Both the position numbers and the translations under genes were made by a program. A stretch of DNA of 64,000 bases from an uncultured Rhizobiaceae bacterium (lineage in GTDB: Bacteria; Pseudomonadota; Alphaproteobacteria; UBA828), in contig CAYSDJ010000003.1 of assembly GCA_964429775.1 (NCBI GenBank), positions 75,129-139,128 of the forward strand, written 5' to 3'. Positions 37,515-46,541 of this stretch are shown piece by piece. Numbering within the stretch: position 1 is the first letter of the stretch; every line of letters starts with the position of its first letter. The notes under the pieces are model-generated. The model made no database searches. It was not told the DNA's origin and saw nothing but the letters and a program-made list of their open reading frames with translations.

Positions 37515-38090
37515 CTATTCCGGCTTCTGTTCCTGCGGCGAGTGCTTGCTGAGAATGCGCTGCAAGGTGCGGCGGTGCATATTGAGGCGCCGCGCCGTTT
37601 CCGAAACATTGCGGTCGCATTGCTCGAACACGCGCTGGATATGTTCCCAACGGACGCGGTCCGCCGACATCGGATTTTCCGGCGGCGGCGGGAACGGCCG
37701 GTCACCGACATTCAGTGCCCGGTGGATTTCATCGGCATCGGCCGGTTTGGCGAGATAATCGACCGCGCCAACCTTAACCGCCGCCACCGCTGTTGCGATG
37801 TTGCCATATCCGGTCAGGATGACGATGCGCATATTTTCACGCGCCTGGCGCAGCGTTTTGACGACATCGAGGCCGCTGCCGTCCGGCATGCGCAAATCCA
37901 CCACGGCGAATTCCGGCTTTACTTCATGCGCCTTTTCCTGCGCCTCGGATACCGAGCCGGCGGCGGTGACCGCATAGCCGCGCTTTTCCATGGCGCGCAC
38001 CAAGCGGTTTCGAAAGGCGTCGTCATCATCGACCAGCAGAAGCGTTCTCTTCTGGTCTTCCGTCTCTGGTTCGTTCACCTCTGCCCCCAA
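37515..38090 (-). CDS. regA: Redox-responsive response regulator RegA/PrrA/ActR
   Basis: A REC domain (LLLVDDDD...D) is followed by the invariant C-terminal HTH PMSADRVRWEHIQRVFEQCDRNVSETARRLNMHRRTLQRIL. Confidence 0.9.
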   Translation of the reverse strand: MGAEVNEPETEDQKRTLLLVDDDDAFRNRLVRAMEKRGYAVTAAGSVSEAQEKAHEVKPEFAVVDLRMPDGSGLDVVKTLRQARENMRIVILTGYGNIATAVAAVKVGAVDYLAKPADADEIHRALNVGDRPFPPPPENPMSADRVRWEHIQRVFEQCDRNVSETARRLNMHRRTLQRILSKHSPQEQKPE

Positions 38091-38092
38091 CC

Positions 38093-39448
38093 CTAACCGT
38101 TCAACTTAACGTCACGCTGGTCGGCGCTAAGCGCTTCCAGCACCTGGCGCGGCCATGTAATAACGATACGGGCGCCATATTGGCGGCCATTGAAAAACGA
38201 CATCGACGCGCCGGTCCGCTCCAACAGCGTCTTGGCGATAAACACCCCCAACCCCATGCGGCCGCTCTTGCGGCGCGACGACACATAGGGTTCGCCGAGC
38301 CGCATCAACACAGAGGGCGCAACGCCGGGGCCATCGTCCATGACCTCCATTGTGATCAAGTGGTCGTCCCAGGTCACCACGACTTCAACTCGATTCGTGC
38401 AGAACTGTACGGCGTTTTCTATTACATTGCCGAGGCCGTGTAAAATTTCCGCCCGCCGGGGGGCGCTCGGCTCGGCCGCGTCCGAGCCTTCCGACGGCGT
38501 GGCGATGACCTCAAGTGTAACATTGTCATTGCGGTGCGGTGCCGCAGCCGCTTCAGCCAAACCGCTTACCGGCAGGCGGCCAAAGGGTTCCACCTCCTCG
38601 CCTTCGCCGAGTGCCGACAGCCGGCCAAGAATCTCTCGGCAACGCGCGACCTCACTCACCAGCAATTTGGCGTCCTCGAGATGCGGGCTGTTGGCCGGTA
38701 AGTCGCTTTCCAACTCGCGCGAAACCACGGCGATGGTCGCGAGCGGTGTGCCGAGCTGGTGCGCGGCGGCGGCGGCGAGCGCGCCCAAGGCCGAAAGACT
38801 CTGCTCCTCGGAAAGCGCCATTTGCGTGGCACTAAGCGCATTCGCCATACGCCGCGCCTCGCTGGCGACGCGCCACGCATAGGCGGTGATAAATAAAGTG
38901 CCCAACACCAGGGCGACCCAGAGGGCGAGCAAGTAGAGCGACGGCAGGCTGGGCGCGATGCCGAGCCACGGCAGGGGTTGGTGGAGAAAAGCGACAAGGG
39001 TTGCGCAAATAATCACCAGCGAGGTAATCGCAGCCGCGGAGCGCAAGCTCAGGATGGTTGCCGAAATGGCGGCAGGAACGAGAAAAAGAATGGCGAACGG
39101 ATTTTCCAGGCCGCCGGTGAGGGCGATGAGAAAAGCCAGTTGGATGACGTCATAGCCGAGAAACAGTGCCGCTTCGCCGTCGCTGAGACGGGAATCCGCC
39201 GGGCGCAGGACCGTGGCCAGCAAATTGATCGCGGCGGAGAGCGCCACGGCGCCCAAGAGCGGCACCAGCGGCAGTGAAAAGCTCAGGGCAAAATGGACCA
39301 CGAGGATGCTGACAAGCTGGCCGCTCACCGCCACCCAGCGGATCAGAATGAGCGTGCGCAGGCGCACATGGCGCGCTTCAGGCAGCCTGTCCTGGCCGGC
39401 TTCGTTCACCGTGCCGATTTGCCCATCTCGGGAAACAGTCTCGCTCAA
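38093..39448 (-). CDS. regB: Sensor histidine kinase RegB/PrrB/ActS
   Basis: The N-terminus has the RLRTLILIRW motif, followed by about six TMs, the H-box HQLGTPLATIAV and an HATPase_c domain. The start is TTG 39448 with an AAGAGG ribosome-binding site. The longest ORF to ATG 39544 would leave no divergent promoter space. Confidence 0.8.
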   Translation of the reverse strand: MSETVSRDGQIGTVNEAGQDRLPEARHVRLRTLILIRWVAVSGQLVSILVVHFALSFSLPLVPLLGAVALSAAINLLATVLRPADSRLSDGEAALFLGYDVIQLAFLIALTGGLENPFAILFLVPAAISATILSLRSAAAITSLVIICATLVAFLHQPLPWLGIAPSLPSLYLLALWVALVLGTLFITAYAWRVASEARRMANALSATQMALSEEQSLSALGALAAAAAHQLGTPLATIAVVSRELESDLPANSPHLEDAKLLVSEVARCREILGRLSALGEGEEVEPFGRLPVSGLAEAAAAPHRNDNVTLEVIATPSEGSDAAEPSAPRRAEILHGLGNVIENAVQFCTNRVEVVVTWDDHLITMEVMDDGPGVAPSVLMRLGEPYVSSRRKSGRMGLGVFIAKTLLERTGASMSFFNGRQYGARIVITWPRQVLEALSADQRDVKLNG

Positions 39449-39549
39449 CGGTATCGCGCCTCTTTTGCAATATGGAGCGCGGATAATGCGCCGTAATGGC
39501 GGCGACGACAATTGGCCTCGTCTACGCGATCCGGCATAGTGCATCCGCC

Positions 39550-40308
39550 ATGTCGGAATCCGCGCTCGAAATAGAGGTTTTATGCAAGCGGTTCGGCCCG
39601 GTCCAGGCGGTGGACGGGCTGAGCCTCGCGGTGCGGCGTGGCCACGTCACGGCGCTCTTGGGCGGCAATGGCGCCGGCAAGACAACGACCATGGCGATGA
39701 TGCTCGGCTTGGTCCTGCCGAGCTCGGGGAGGATTCGAATCTTCGGCGAAGATCTCGCCCGCAACCGCTACCGCCTATTGGTGCGAATGAATTTTTCTTC
39801 GCCCTATGTTGATTTGCCGCACCGCCTCACGGTCAAAGAGAATTTGACCGTTTATGCCCGCATTTACGGTGTGGCAAAGGTACGCGATCGAATCCAACAA
39901 TTGGCCGAGGATTTGGAATTCGCGGAGTTTCTGAAACGCCCGGTGGGCAAGCTTTCGGCCGGCCAGCGTACCCGTGTCGCCCTGGCCAAGGCATTGATCA
40001 ACAATCCGGAACTTTTGTTGCTCGACGAGCCCACCGCCTCGCTCGATCCCGACAGCGCCGATTGGGTGCGCAGCTATCTCGAAAACTGGCAGCAGAAAAG
40101 TGGCGCGACCATTTTACTTGCCTCGCACAATATGGCTGAGGTTGAGCGTCTCTGCGGCCATGTCTTCATGCTGCGCCAGGGCCGCCTGGTCGATAGCGGC
40201 AGTCCGTCCGCTCTGATTGCGCGGTTTGGCCGAGAATCGCTTGAGGAGGTTTTTCTCGATATCGCCCGCGCGGCCACGGGCGGGGCAGGCCCCGTGACAG
40301 GCCAATGA
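39550..40308 (+). CDS. ABC transporter ATP-binding protein (ABC-2 exporter type)
   Basis: Walker A GGNGAGKTT, signature LSAGQRTRVALA, and Walker B LLLLDEPT. Confidence 0.85.
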   Translation: MSESALEIEVLCKRFGPVQAVDGLSLAVRRGHVTALLGGNGAGKTTTMAMMLGLVLPSSGRIRIFGEDLARNRYRLLVRMNFSSPYVDLPHRLTVKENLTVYARIYGVAKVRDRIQQLAEDLEFAEFLKRPVGKLSAGQRTRVALAKALINNPELLLLDEPTASLDPDSADWVRSYLENWQQKSGATILLASHNMAEVERLCGHVFMLRQGRLVDSGSPSALIARFGRESLEEVFLDIARAATGGAGPVTGQ

Positions 40309-41132
40309 GGATGGAGCGGGTGCAGCACGGGCCGGTACGCGCCTCGGCTGGCAGAATCGCCGCCATCGCGCTGCGTCACCTTTATCTCCTGCGCACCTCC
40401 TGGCCGCGTCTTTTGGAACTGATGTATTGGCCCACTGTGCAGATGATCCTGTGGGGGCTGGTGTCGCAGTTCCTCCTCACCAACAGCTCGTGGCTCGCCC
40501 AGGCCAGTGGCGTGCTGCTCGCCGGTGTGATTTTGTGGGACGTGCTGTTCCGCGGCCAACTTGGCCTCTCGCTGGTGTTTCTTGAGGAGATGTGGTCGCG
40601 CAATCTGGGCCATCTCTTTTCCAGCCCGCTCCGGCCATGGGAACTGATCTTCGCCTTGATGCTGATCAGTCTGTTGCGCACTTTGATTGGCATGGGCGCA
40701 GCCGTTGGCTTTGCCTATTTGCTCTATCATTTTTCCATTTTCGAGCTCGGCCTGCCGCTGATCGCCTTCTTCTTCAATCTGATCATTATGGGCTGGGCGA
40801 TTGGCTTGGTGGTGTGCGGGCTGGTGCTGCGCTTCGGCCTTGGCGCGGAGAGCCTTGCCTGGTTTCTGATTTTCGCCTTCGCACCGGTGAGCTGCATCTA
40901 CTATCCGATGACGATTTTGCCCGAATGGCTAAAATATATTGCCGCCGCACTTCCCTCGGCGCTGGTCTTCGAAGGCATGCGGGCGGTGATGTTTGACGGC
41001 GTTTTCCGCCACGACTTGCTGTGGCGAGCACTTGGCCTGAATGCGCTCTATCTGGCCCTCGGCATCGCCGTGTTCATGGCCTTCTTTCAATCCGCACGGA
41101 AGCGCGGACTGCTGCATCAGATCGGCGAATAG
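40305..41132 (+). CDS. ABC-2 family transporter permease
   Basis: Six TMs. The ATG overlaps the upstream stop as ATGA. Confidence 0.8.
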   Translation: MRMERVQHGPVRASAGRIAAIALRHLYLLRTSWPRLLELMYWPTVQMILWGLVSQFLLTNSSWLAQASGVLLAGVILWDVLFRGQLGLSLVFLEEMWSRNLGHLFSSPLRPWELIFALMLISLLRTLIGMGAAVGFAYLLYHFSIFELGLPLIAFFFNLIIMGWAIGLVVCGLVLRFGLGAESLAWFLIFAFAPVSCIYYPMTILPEWLKYIAAALPSALVFEGMRAVMFDGVFRHDLLWRALGLNALYLALGIAVFMAFFQSARKRGLLHQIGE

Positions 41133-41138
41133 ATTTAC

Positions 41139-42161
41139 CTACGCCGCCGGGCCGCTAACGCCGGCGCTCTCGAAGGTCGCCATGCCGTTATGCGTTAGCG
41201 CCGCCGCGCGCACCAGCCCGGCCGCCAGCGCCGCGCCCGATGCCTCGCCGAGACGGAGAGAAAAATCGAGCAAGGGCTGTTGGCCTATTTTTTCCAACAG
41301 GCGTGCATGGCCGGGTTCGACCGAATTGTGCGAGACAAGGCAATGATCGAGGCCATCCGGGCGCACGGCGTGGAGAAGCGCTGCTGCCGTGCTGCAGGCA
41401 AAGCCGTCGAGCAGCACCGGGACGCGACCCTGGCGGGCGGCCAGCGTGGCGCCGGCAATGGCGGCGAACTCGCGCCCACCGAGCCGGCGCAGCGCTTGCA
41501 AAGGATCGCCGAGATGATCTTTGTGCCGCGCCAGGGCAGCGTCGATGGTGCCGGCTTTGCGCGCCAGGCCTTCATCGTCGATGCCGGTTCCGCGCCCGGC
41601 CCAATCGGCGCCCGTGCCGCCAAAGAGTGCCGCCGATAGGGCCGAGGCAATGGTCGTGTTGCCGATACCCATCTCGCCGAGACAGACCAGATCGGCCTCG
41701 TCATCGAGCGCCGCCATGCCGTCCTGCCACGCCGCGAGACAAGCAGCCTCGTCAAGTGCGGCTTCCTCGGTGATATCGCCGCTTGGCTCCTCAAGGGCCA
41801 AGGGAATTACCGTAAGGGACGCATCGAGCCAACCGCTCAACTGGTTGATGGCGGCGCCGCCGGCGGCAAAATTAGCCACCATCTGCGCCGTCACCGCGCT
41901 CGGATAGGCCGAGACACCGCGTGCCGCGACGCCATGATTGGCGGCGAAAACGATAATCTGGATGTTTTCGGCACGCGGCGGATGGCGCCCCTGCCAGGCG
42001 GCCAGCCACTCGGCGATCCGTTCGAGGCGGCCCAATGAGCCGGCCGGTTTTGTGAGCACGGCCTGGCGCGCGCGTGCCGCCTGAAGCGCGTTTTCATCGC
42101 CGGCGGGCACTGCCGCTATCAGCTTGTGCAGGTCTTGCAGGGATTGGGGAGCGTCACTCAT
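41139..42161 (-). CDS. cobT: Nicotinate-nucleotide--dimethylbenzimidazole phosphoribosyltransferase
   Basis: Motifs VFAANHGV and GEMGIGNTT in a protein of about 340 aa. Confidence 0.9.
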   Translation of the reverse strand: MSDAPQSLQDLHKLIAAVPAGDENALQAARARQAVLTKPAGSLGRLERIAEWLAAWQGRHPPRAENIQIIVFAANHGVAARGVSAYPSAVTAQMVANFAAGGAAINQLSGWLDASLTVIPLALEEPSGDITEEAALDEAACLAAWQDGMAALDDEADLVCLGEMGIGNTTIASALSAALFGGTGADWAGRGTGIDDEGLARKAGTIDAALARHKDHLGDPLQALRRLGGREFAAIAGATLAARQGRVPVLLDGFACSTAAALLHAVRPDGLDHCLVSHNSVEPGHARLLEKIGQQPLLDFSLRLGEASGAALAAGLVRAAALTHNGMATFESAGVSGPAA

Positions 42162-42271
42162 TTAGCCGAACCTTTACACGTTACCCGCGCGAGCGTGCTT
42201 GGCGCTTCGCCCGGGCTGTCCTATAACCGGTGGGGAGGATTCCCATACAACTAAATCTGAGGCAAGGGCGA

Positions 42272-43144
42272 ATGCCTTTCGAATCGGAGCCCGAGGGAAA
42301 ATTTGAGCGCAAGGCGTATTTTACCGCCCGCGCCTGGTGGCAGGATCTGGTAAATGCATTGCGCTTTTTGACGCGTATTCCCCTGCCGCACGCACACGCT
42401 TCGGCCCGCCCTGGTTTTCCTGATGAGGCTGAAGATGCGGCGGACACCGCAGAAGAAGTCGGAGACGCGCCGGCGCTGAAGCCGCTCGGGCGCACGGTGC
42501 GCGCCTTTCCTCTGGTTGGTGCGCTGCTCGGTATCATCGCCGGGCTGGCTTTTGCCATCGCCACCGGCCTCGGTCTGCCGGATCTGGTTGCCGGCGTAAT
42601 TGCCGTTGCCTTGCTCGCGCTGGCGACCGGCGCGCTGCATGAGGACGGTCTGGCCGATATGGCGGATGGTTTTGGCGGCGGGCATAATGTTGAGAAGAAA
42701 CTTGCCATCATGCGCGACAGCCGCATCGGCGCCTATGGTGTCATCGCGCTGGTACTGGTGCTGGCGGCGAAGGTTGGCGCGCTGGCCGATCTCTCCGATA
42801 TCGGTGTTGTGATGTCGGCTTTGATCTGTGCCGCCGCGACATCGCGCGCGGCCATGCCGGCAATGATGCGCTGGATGGATCCGGCGCGCAGCGACGGCCT
42901 CGGCGCCGGCGCCGGGCGGCCGGCGGGTGAGCATGTCTGGACCGGTATCATTATTGCCGCCATTCTTTGCGTCTTGCTGCTCACCTGGTCGGGTTTGGTG
43001 GCGTTGCTGATTGCCGCCCTCGGCGCCATGGCCGTCGGCGTTCTTGCGCGCCGCCAGATCGGCGGATATACCGGCGATGTGCTCGGTGCCACGCAACAAA
43101 TTTCCGAGCTCATTTTCCTTCTCACACTGGCGGCCATTAGATGA
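42272..43144 (+). CDS. cobS: Adenosylcobinamide-GDP ribazoletransferase (cobalamin synthase)
   Basis: The N-terminal FLTRIPLP motif is followed by multi-TM segments. An alternative start is GTG 42230. Confidence 0.85.
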   Translation: MPFESEPEGKFERKAYFTARAWWQDLVNALRFLTRIPLPHAHASARPGFPDEAEDAADTAEEVGDAPALKPLGRTVRAFPLVGALLGIIAGLAFAIATGLGLPDLVAGVIAVALLALATGALHEDGLADMADGFGGGHNVEKKLAIMRDSRIGAYGVIALVLVLAAKVGALADLSDIGVVMSALICAAATSRAAMPAMMRWMDPARSDGLGAGAGRPAGEHVWTGIIIAAILCVLLLTWSGLVALLIAALGAMAVGVLARRQIGGYTGDVLGATQQISELIFLLTLAAIR

Positions 43145-43815
43145 ATGCTTTAAACGACAGCACCGTGACGAGCTGGTGGTGGATTCGCCACGCGCCCGTG
43201 ACCAGCCATCACGGCCGCCTCTACGGCAATACCGATGTGTCGGCAAATACCGATGACGTCGAGGCTTATGAGGGCCTGGCGGCGCAATTGCCCGAGGGCG
43301 CGCTTTGGGTTGCCAGCCATTTGCAGCGCACCCACCAAACAGCGAACGCCATCGCCAAAGCCGGCCACCCGGTAGCCGAGCCCCTGGTGGAGGAGGATTT
43401 GGCCGAGCAGTGTTTTGGCGATTGGCAGGGCCTTACCTATGCCGAGGTTGCCGCTGACCGGGCGGGCAAGGATCACCCTTTCTGGATCGCGCCGGCGCAG
43501 TTCGCCGCGCCGGGTGGCGAAAGTTTCGCCGACGTCATGGCGCGTGTGTCGAATACGGTCGCGCGTCTCAGTGCCGATCATGCCGGGCGCGATATCGTCG
43601 CCGTCGCCCATGGCGGCTCGATCCGCGCCGCGCTCGGCCATGCTCTCGGCATCGCCCCGGATCAGGCGCTTTCCTTCACCGTCGACAATCTCTCGATCAC
43701 CCGCATCGACTGTTTTCATGGCACCGGCGGGCGCGTGGACTGGTGCGTCATCGGCGTCAATTTGCCGCCTAGCAAAAGCGCGCCACATGGAGTAGTTTTC
43801 CCGCCAAGACGCTGA
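43141..43815 (+). CDS. cobC: Alpha-ribazole phosphatase (histidine phosphatase family)
   Basis: WIRHAPV...HGRLYG is the RHG motif, with a second His in AVAHGGSIRA. Confidence 0.8.
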   Translation: MNALNDSTVTSWWWIRHAPVTSHHGRLYGNTDVSANTDDVEAYEGLAAQLPEGALWVASHLQRTHQTANAIAKAGHPVAEPLVEEDLAEQCFGDWQGLTYAEVAADRAGKDHPFWIAPAQFAAPGGESFADVMARVSNTVARLSADHAGRDIVAVAHGGSIRAALGHALGIAPDQALSFTVDNLSITRIDCFHGTGGRVDWCVIGVNLPPSKSAPHGVVFPPRR

Positions 43816-44023
43816 GTCAGGGAAGCCGGTGAAACCCTTAAATTAATAGGGCCATTCCGGTGCTGCCCCCGCAACTGTAAGCGGCGAGGTAACCCTCTTT
43901 TGTACAGGGTAAGACCCCTTTGCAAGCCACTGGCGGCGCAAGCTGCCGGGAAGGTGAGGGCCAGCCTTTGACCCCAAGCCAGGAAACCTCCTTGGCGTCG
44001 CCCCGGAACGATCCTCGGAGGGA
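43816..44023 (+). promoter_or_regulatory. Cobalamin (AdoCbl) riboswitch
   Basis: GGGAAGCCGGTGAAA, the core AATAGGG...CCGGTGCTGCCCCCGCAACTGTAAGCGG, and the B12 box AGCCACTGG...GGGAAGG. CCTCC at 43987-43991 can pair with the GGAGG ribosome-binding site at 44017-44021. Confidence 0.85.
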
Positions 44024-44025
44024 GG

Positions 44026-44559
44026 ATGATGCCGCCATCAACGGATATGTCGCGCACGACCCTGATATTGGGCGGCGCGCGTTCAGGTAAAAGCCGCTAT
44101 GCGGAAGAGCTGCTCACGGCGGCGGATGGCGCTCGCGTCTACATTGCCACGGCGGAGGCGCGTGACGATGAAATGACAGCGCGTATCCTAGAACACCAGG
44201 CGCGGCGCGGCGATACGTGGCGCACGGTTGAGCAACAGCTCGACCTGGTCGCCGCATTACATGAAAATTGCCGTGCCGACGCAGCGGTCCTGGTTGATTG
44301 CCTTACCTTGTGGCTGGCCAATCTGATGGCGGCTTCGCGCGATATTGGCGCGGAAACCAGCCAACTGGTGCACGCTTTGCCCGGGTTTGAGGGCCGCCTG
44401 GTGCTGGTCTCGAATGAAGTCGGCCAGGGTATCGTGCCGGAAAATGCCCTGGCGCGGGAATATCGCGATCATGCCGGGCGGCTCAATCAGGCGGTTGCCG
44501 CCGCCGTTGACGAGGTGGTGTTGGTCACTGCCGGCCTGCCGCTCCGGATCAAGCCATGA
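44026..44559 (+). CDS. cobU: Adenosylcobinamide kinase / adenosylcobinamide-phosphate guanylyltransferase
   Basis: P-loop LILGGARSGKS. About 175 aa. Confidence 0.9.
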   Translation: MMPPSTDMSRTTLILGGARSGKSRYAEELLTAADGARVYIATAEARDDEMTARILEHQARRGDTWRTVEQQLDLVAALHENCRADAAVLVDCLTLWLANLMAASRDIGAETSQLVHALPGFEGRLVLVSNEVGQGIVPENALAREYRDHAGRLNQAVAAAVDEVVLVTAGLPLRIKP

Positions 44560-45500
44560 GCGCAGAGGATCTTCGCATCGTTAGCCTGCTGCCAAGTGCG
44601 ACGGAAATTGTCGCCGCACTTGGCCTCGCTGATCGGCTGGTCGGGCGTTCGCACGAATGCGACTTCCCGGCTGATGTCGCGGCGCTGCCTGTTTGCACCC
44701 GCCCGCGCCTGACGTTGGATGGCGGCAGCGCGGGGATTGACGCGAAAGTGTCTGATTTCGCCGGCCAGGCCCTCAGCATCTATGAGCTCGATATGGATGC
44801 GCTCAGCGCCGCCCGGCCGACCCATATCGTCACGCAAGATCAGTGCGAGGTCTGCGCTGTGGGCCTGAAAGATGTCGAGGCCGCGCTGGCCGGGGATTTG
44901 CAGGGGCCGGTTGAAATCGTCTCGCTCAGCCCGATGCGGCTCGGCGAAGTGTGGGCCAGCATTCGCCAGGCTGGGCGCGCACTCGATGCGGATGCGGACG
45001 ATCTCTGCCGCTCCCTGACCGGGCGCATTGCGCGCATTGCCGCCGGCGGCATGGACATGCCCGCCGGACCGCCGAGCGTCGCCACCATCGAGTGGAGCGA
45101 CCCCCTGATGGCGGCGGGAAATTGGCTGCCGGAGCTTGTCGCTATCGCCGGGGGAAATAATTTATTGGGCGATGCCGGTACCCATTCGCCAAAATTCGAA
45201 TTCGCCGATCTCCTCACCGCCGACCCCGATATCATTGTCTTCATGCCGTGCGGTTACGATCTGGCGAAAACGGCGGCGGAGGCCGAAAAGCTGATACGCG
45301 ACCCGGCCTGGGCGGCGCTAAGTGCCGTTCAGGGCGGACAAGTCTATGCGGTTGACGGCAACGCCTATTTCAACCGGCCGGGGCCGCGGCTGGTGGAATC
45401 GGCGGAAATACTGGCCGAGATTTGCCACCCGGATATGTACCAATTCGGCCACGAAGGAACAGGCTGGCGCCGCCTTGGCCCCGGCGCGGAGAACAAATAG
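44556..45500 (+). CDS. Cobalamin-binding (BtuF-like) protein without a signal peptide
   Basis: A class-III periplasmic-binding-protein fold is apparent (LRIVSLLPSATEIVAALG...IVFMPCGYD). It is the cob-cluster cytoplasmic variant. Confidence 0.65.
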   Translation: MSAEDLRIVSLLPSATEIVAALGLADRLVGRSHECDFPADVAALPVCTRPRLTLDGGSAGIDAKVSDFAGQALSIYELDMDALSAARPTHIVTQDQCEVCAVGLKDVEAALAGDLQGPVEIVSLSPMRLGEVWASIRQAGRALDADADDLCRSLTGRIARIAAGGMDMPAGPPSVATIEWSDPLMAAGNWLPELVAIAGGNNLLGDAGTHSPKFEFADLLTADPDIIVFMPCGYDLAKTAAEAEKLIRDPAWAALSAVQGGQVYAVDGNAYFNRPGPRLVESAEILAEICHPDMYQFGHEGTGWRRLGPGAENK

Positions 45501-45502
45501 AC

Positions 45503-46537
45503 ATGCAAAGCCGCAAGATTCCAACCACCGTCATTTCCGGCTTCCTCGGCGCCGGCAAAACCAGCCTCATACGCCATGTGCTGGCGACGGCGAATGGCCG
45601 CCGTGTCGCGCTGATCATCAATGAGTTTGGCGATCTTGGTGTCGATGAATCATTGCTGCGTGGCTGCGGCGACGCGGCCTGCGAAGACGGTGAGATTATC
45701 GAGCTCGCCAATGGCTGCATCTGCTGCACCGTGGCCGATGATTTTGTCCCCACCATAGAGGCACTGTTGGCGCGCGATCCGGCGCCCGAGCATATCGTTA
45801 TCGAGACCTCCGGCCTGGCCCTGCCGAAGCCGCTCGTCGCCGCCTTCAACTGGCCGGAAATACGCAACCGGGTGACGGTCGATGGCGTGGTCGCGGTGGT
45901 TGATGGCCCGGCCCTGCTGGATGGCCGCTTCGCCGCCGACCCGGCCGCCTTGCAGGCGCAACGCGAAGCCGATGACGCGCTCGATCACGAAAGCCCACTG
46001 GAAGAAGTATTTGAGGACCAGCTTTCCTGCGCCGATCTGGTGGTGCTCAACAAGGTCGATCAACTCGATAATGCGGCATGCGCAGAGACGCGCTCGCTAT
46101 TGGCTGGAGAATTACGCCCCGGGGTGAAGGTCGTCGAGGCCGAGCAGGCGCGCATCGATGCCGATATCCTGCTCGGGCTGGCTGCCGCGGCGGAAGATGA
46201 TCTGGCCGCGCGGCCCTCGCATCACGATGAATTCGACGGCGAGCATGACCATGACGAATTCGACAGTTTTATCCTTGAGTTAGGCCCCATCGCCGAGCCT
46301 GAGGCGCTCGAAGCGCGCCTGATCGCCGCCATTGAGGAGCACGATATTTTGCGCATCAAGGGCTTTGTCGATGTGCCGGGCAAGCGCCGCCGTCATGTCA
46401 TTCAGGCGGTCGGCACGCGCGTCGCGCGCCATTTTGATCGTGATTGGGGCACAGACGAAACGCGCCAAAGCCGCCTCGTCGTCATCGGCCTCAGCCCGCT
46501 TGACCGCGCCGCCATCAGCGCAGCGTTGGTGGCCTAA
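45503..46537 (+). CDS. cobW: CobW (COG0523 GTPase) cobalamin biosynthesis protein
   Basis: P-loop GFLGAGKTS, motif GCICCT, and a His-rich stretch HHDEFDGEHDHDEFD. Confidence 0.9.
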   Translation: MQSRKIPTTVISGFLGAGKTSLIRHVLATANGRRVALIINEFGDLGVDESLLRGCGDAACEDGEIIELANGCICCTVADDFVPTIEALLARDPAPEHIVIETSGLALPKPLVAAFNWPEIRNRVTVDGVVAVVDGPALLDGRFAADPAALQAQREADDALDHESPLEEVFEDQLSCADLVVLNKVDQLDNAACAETRSLLAGELRPGVKVVEAEQARIDADILLGLAAAAEDDLAARPSHHDEFDGEHDHDEFDSFILELGPIAEPEALEARLIAAIEEHDILRIKGFVDVPGKRRRHVIQAVGTRVARHFDRDWGTDETRQSRLVVIGLSPLDRAAISAALVA

Positions 46538-46541
46538 ATAG

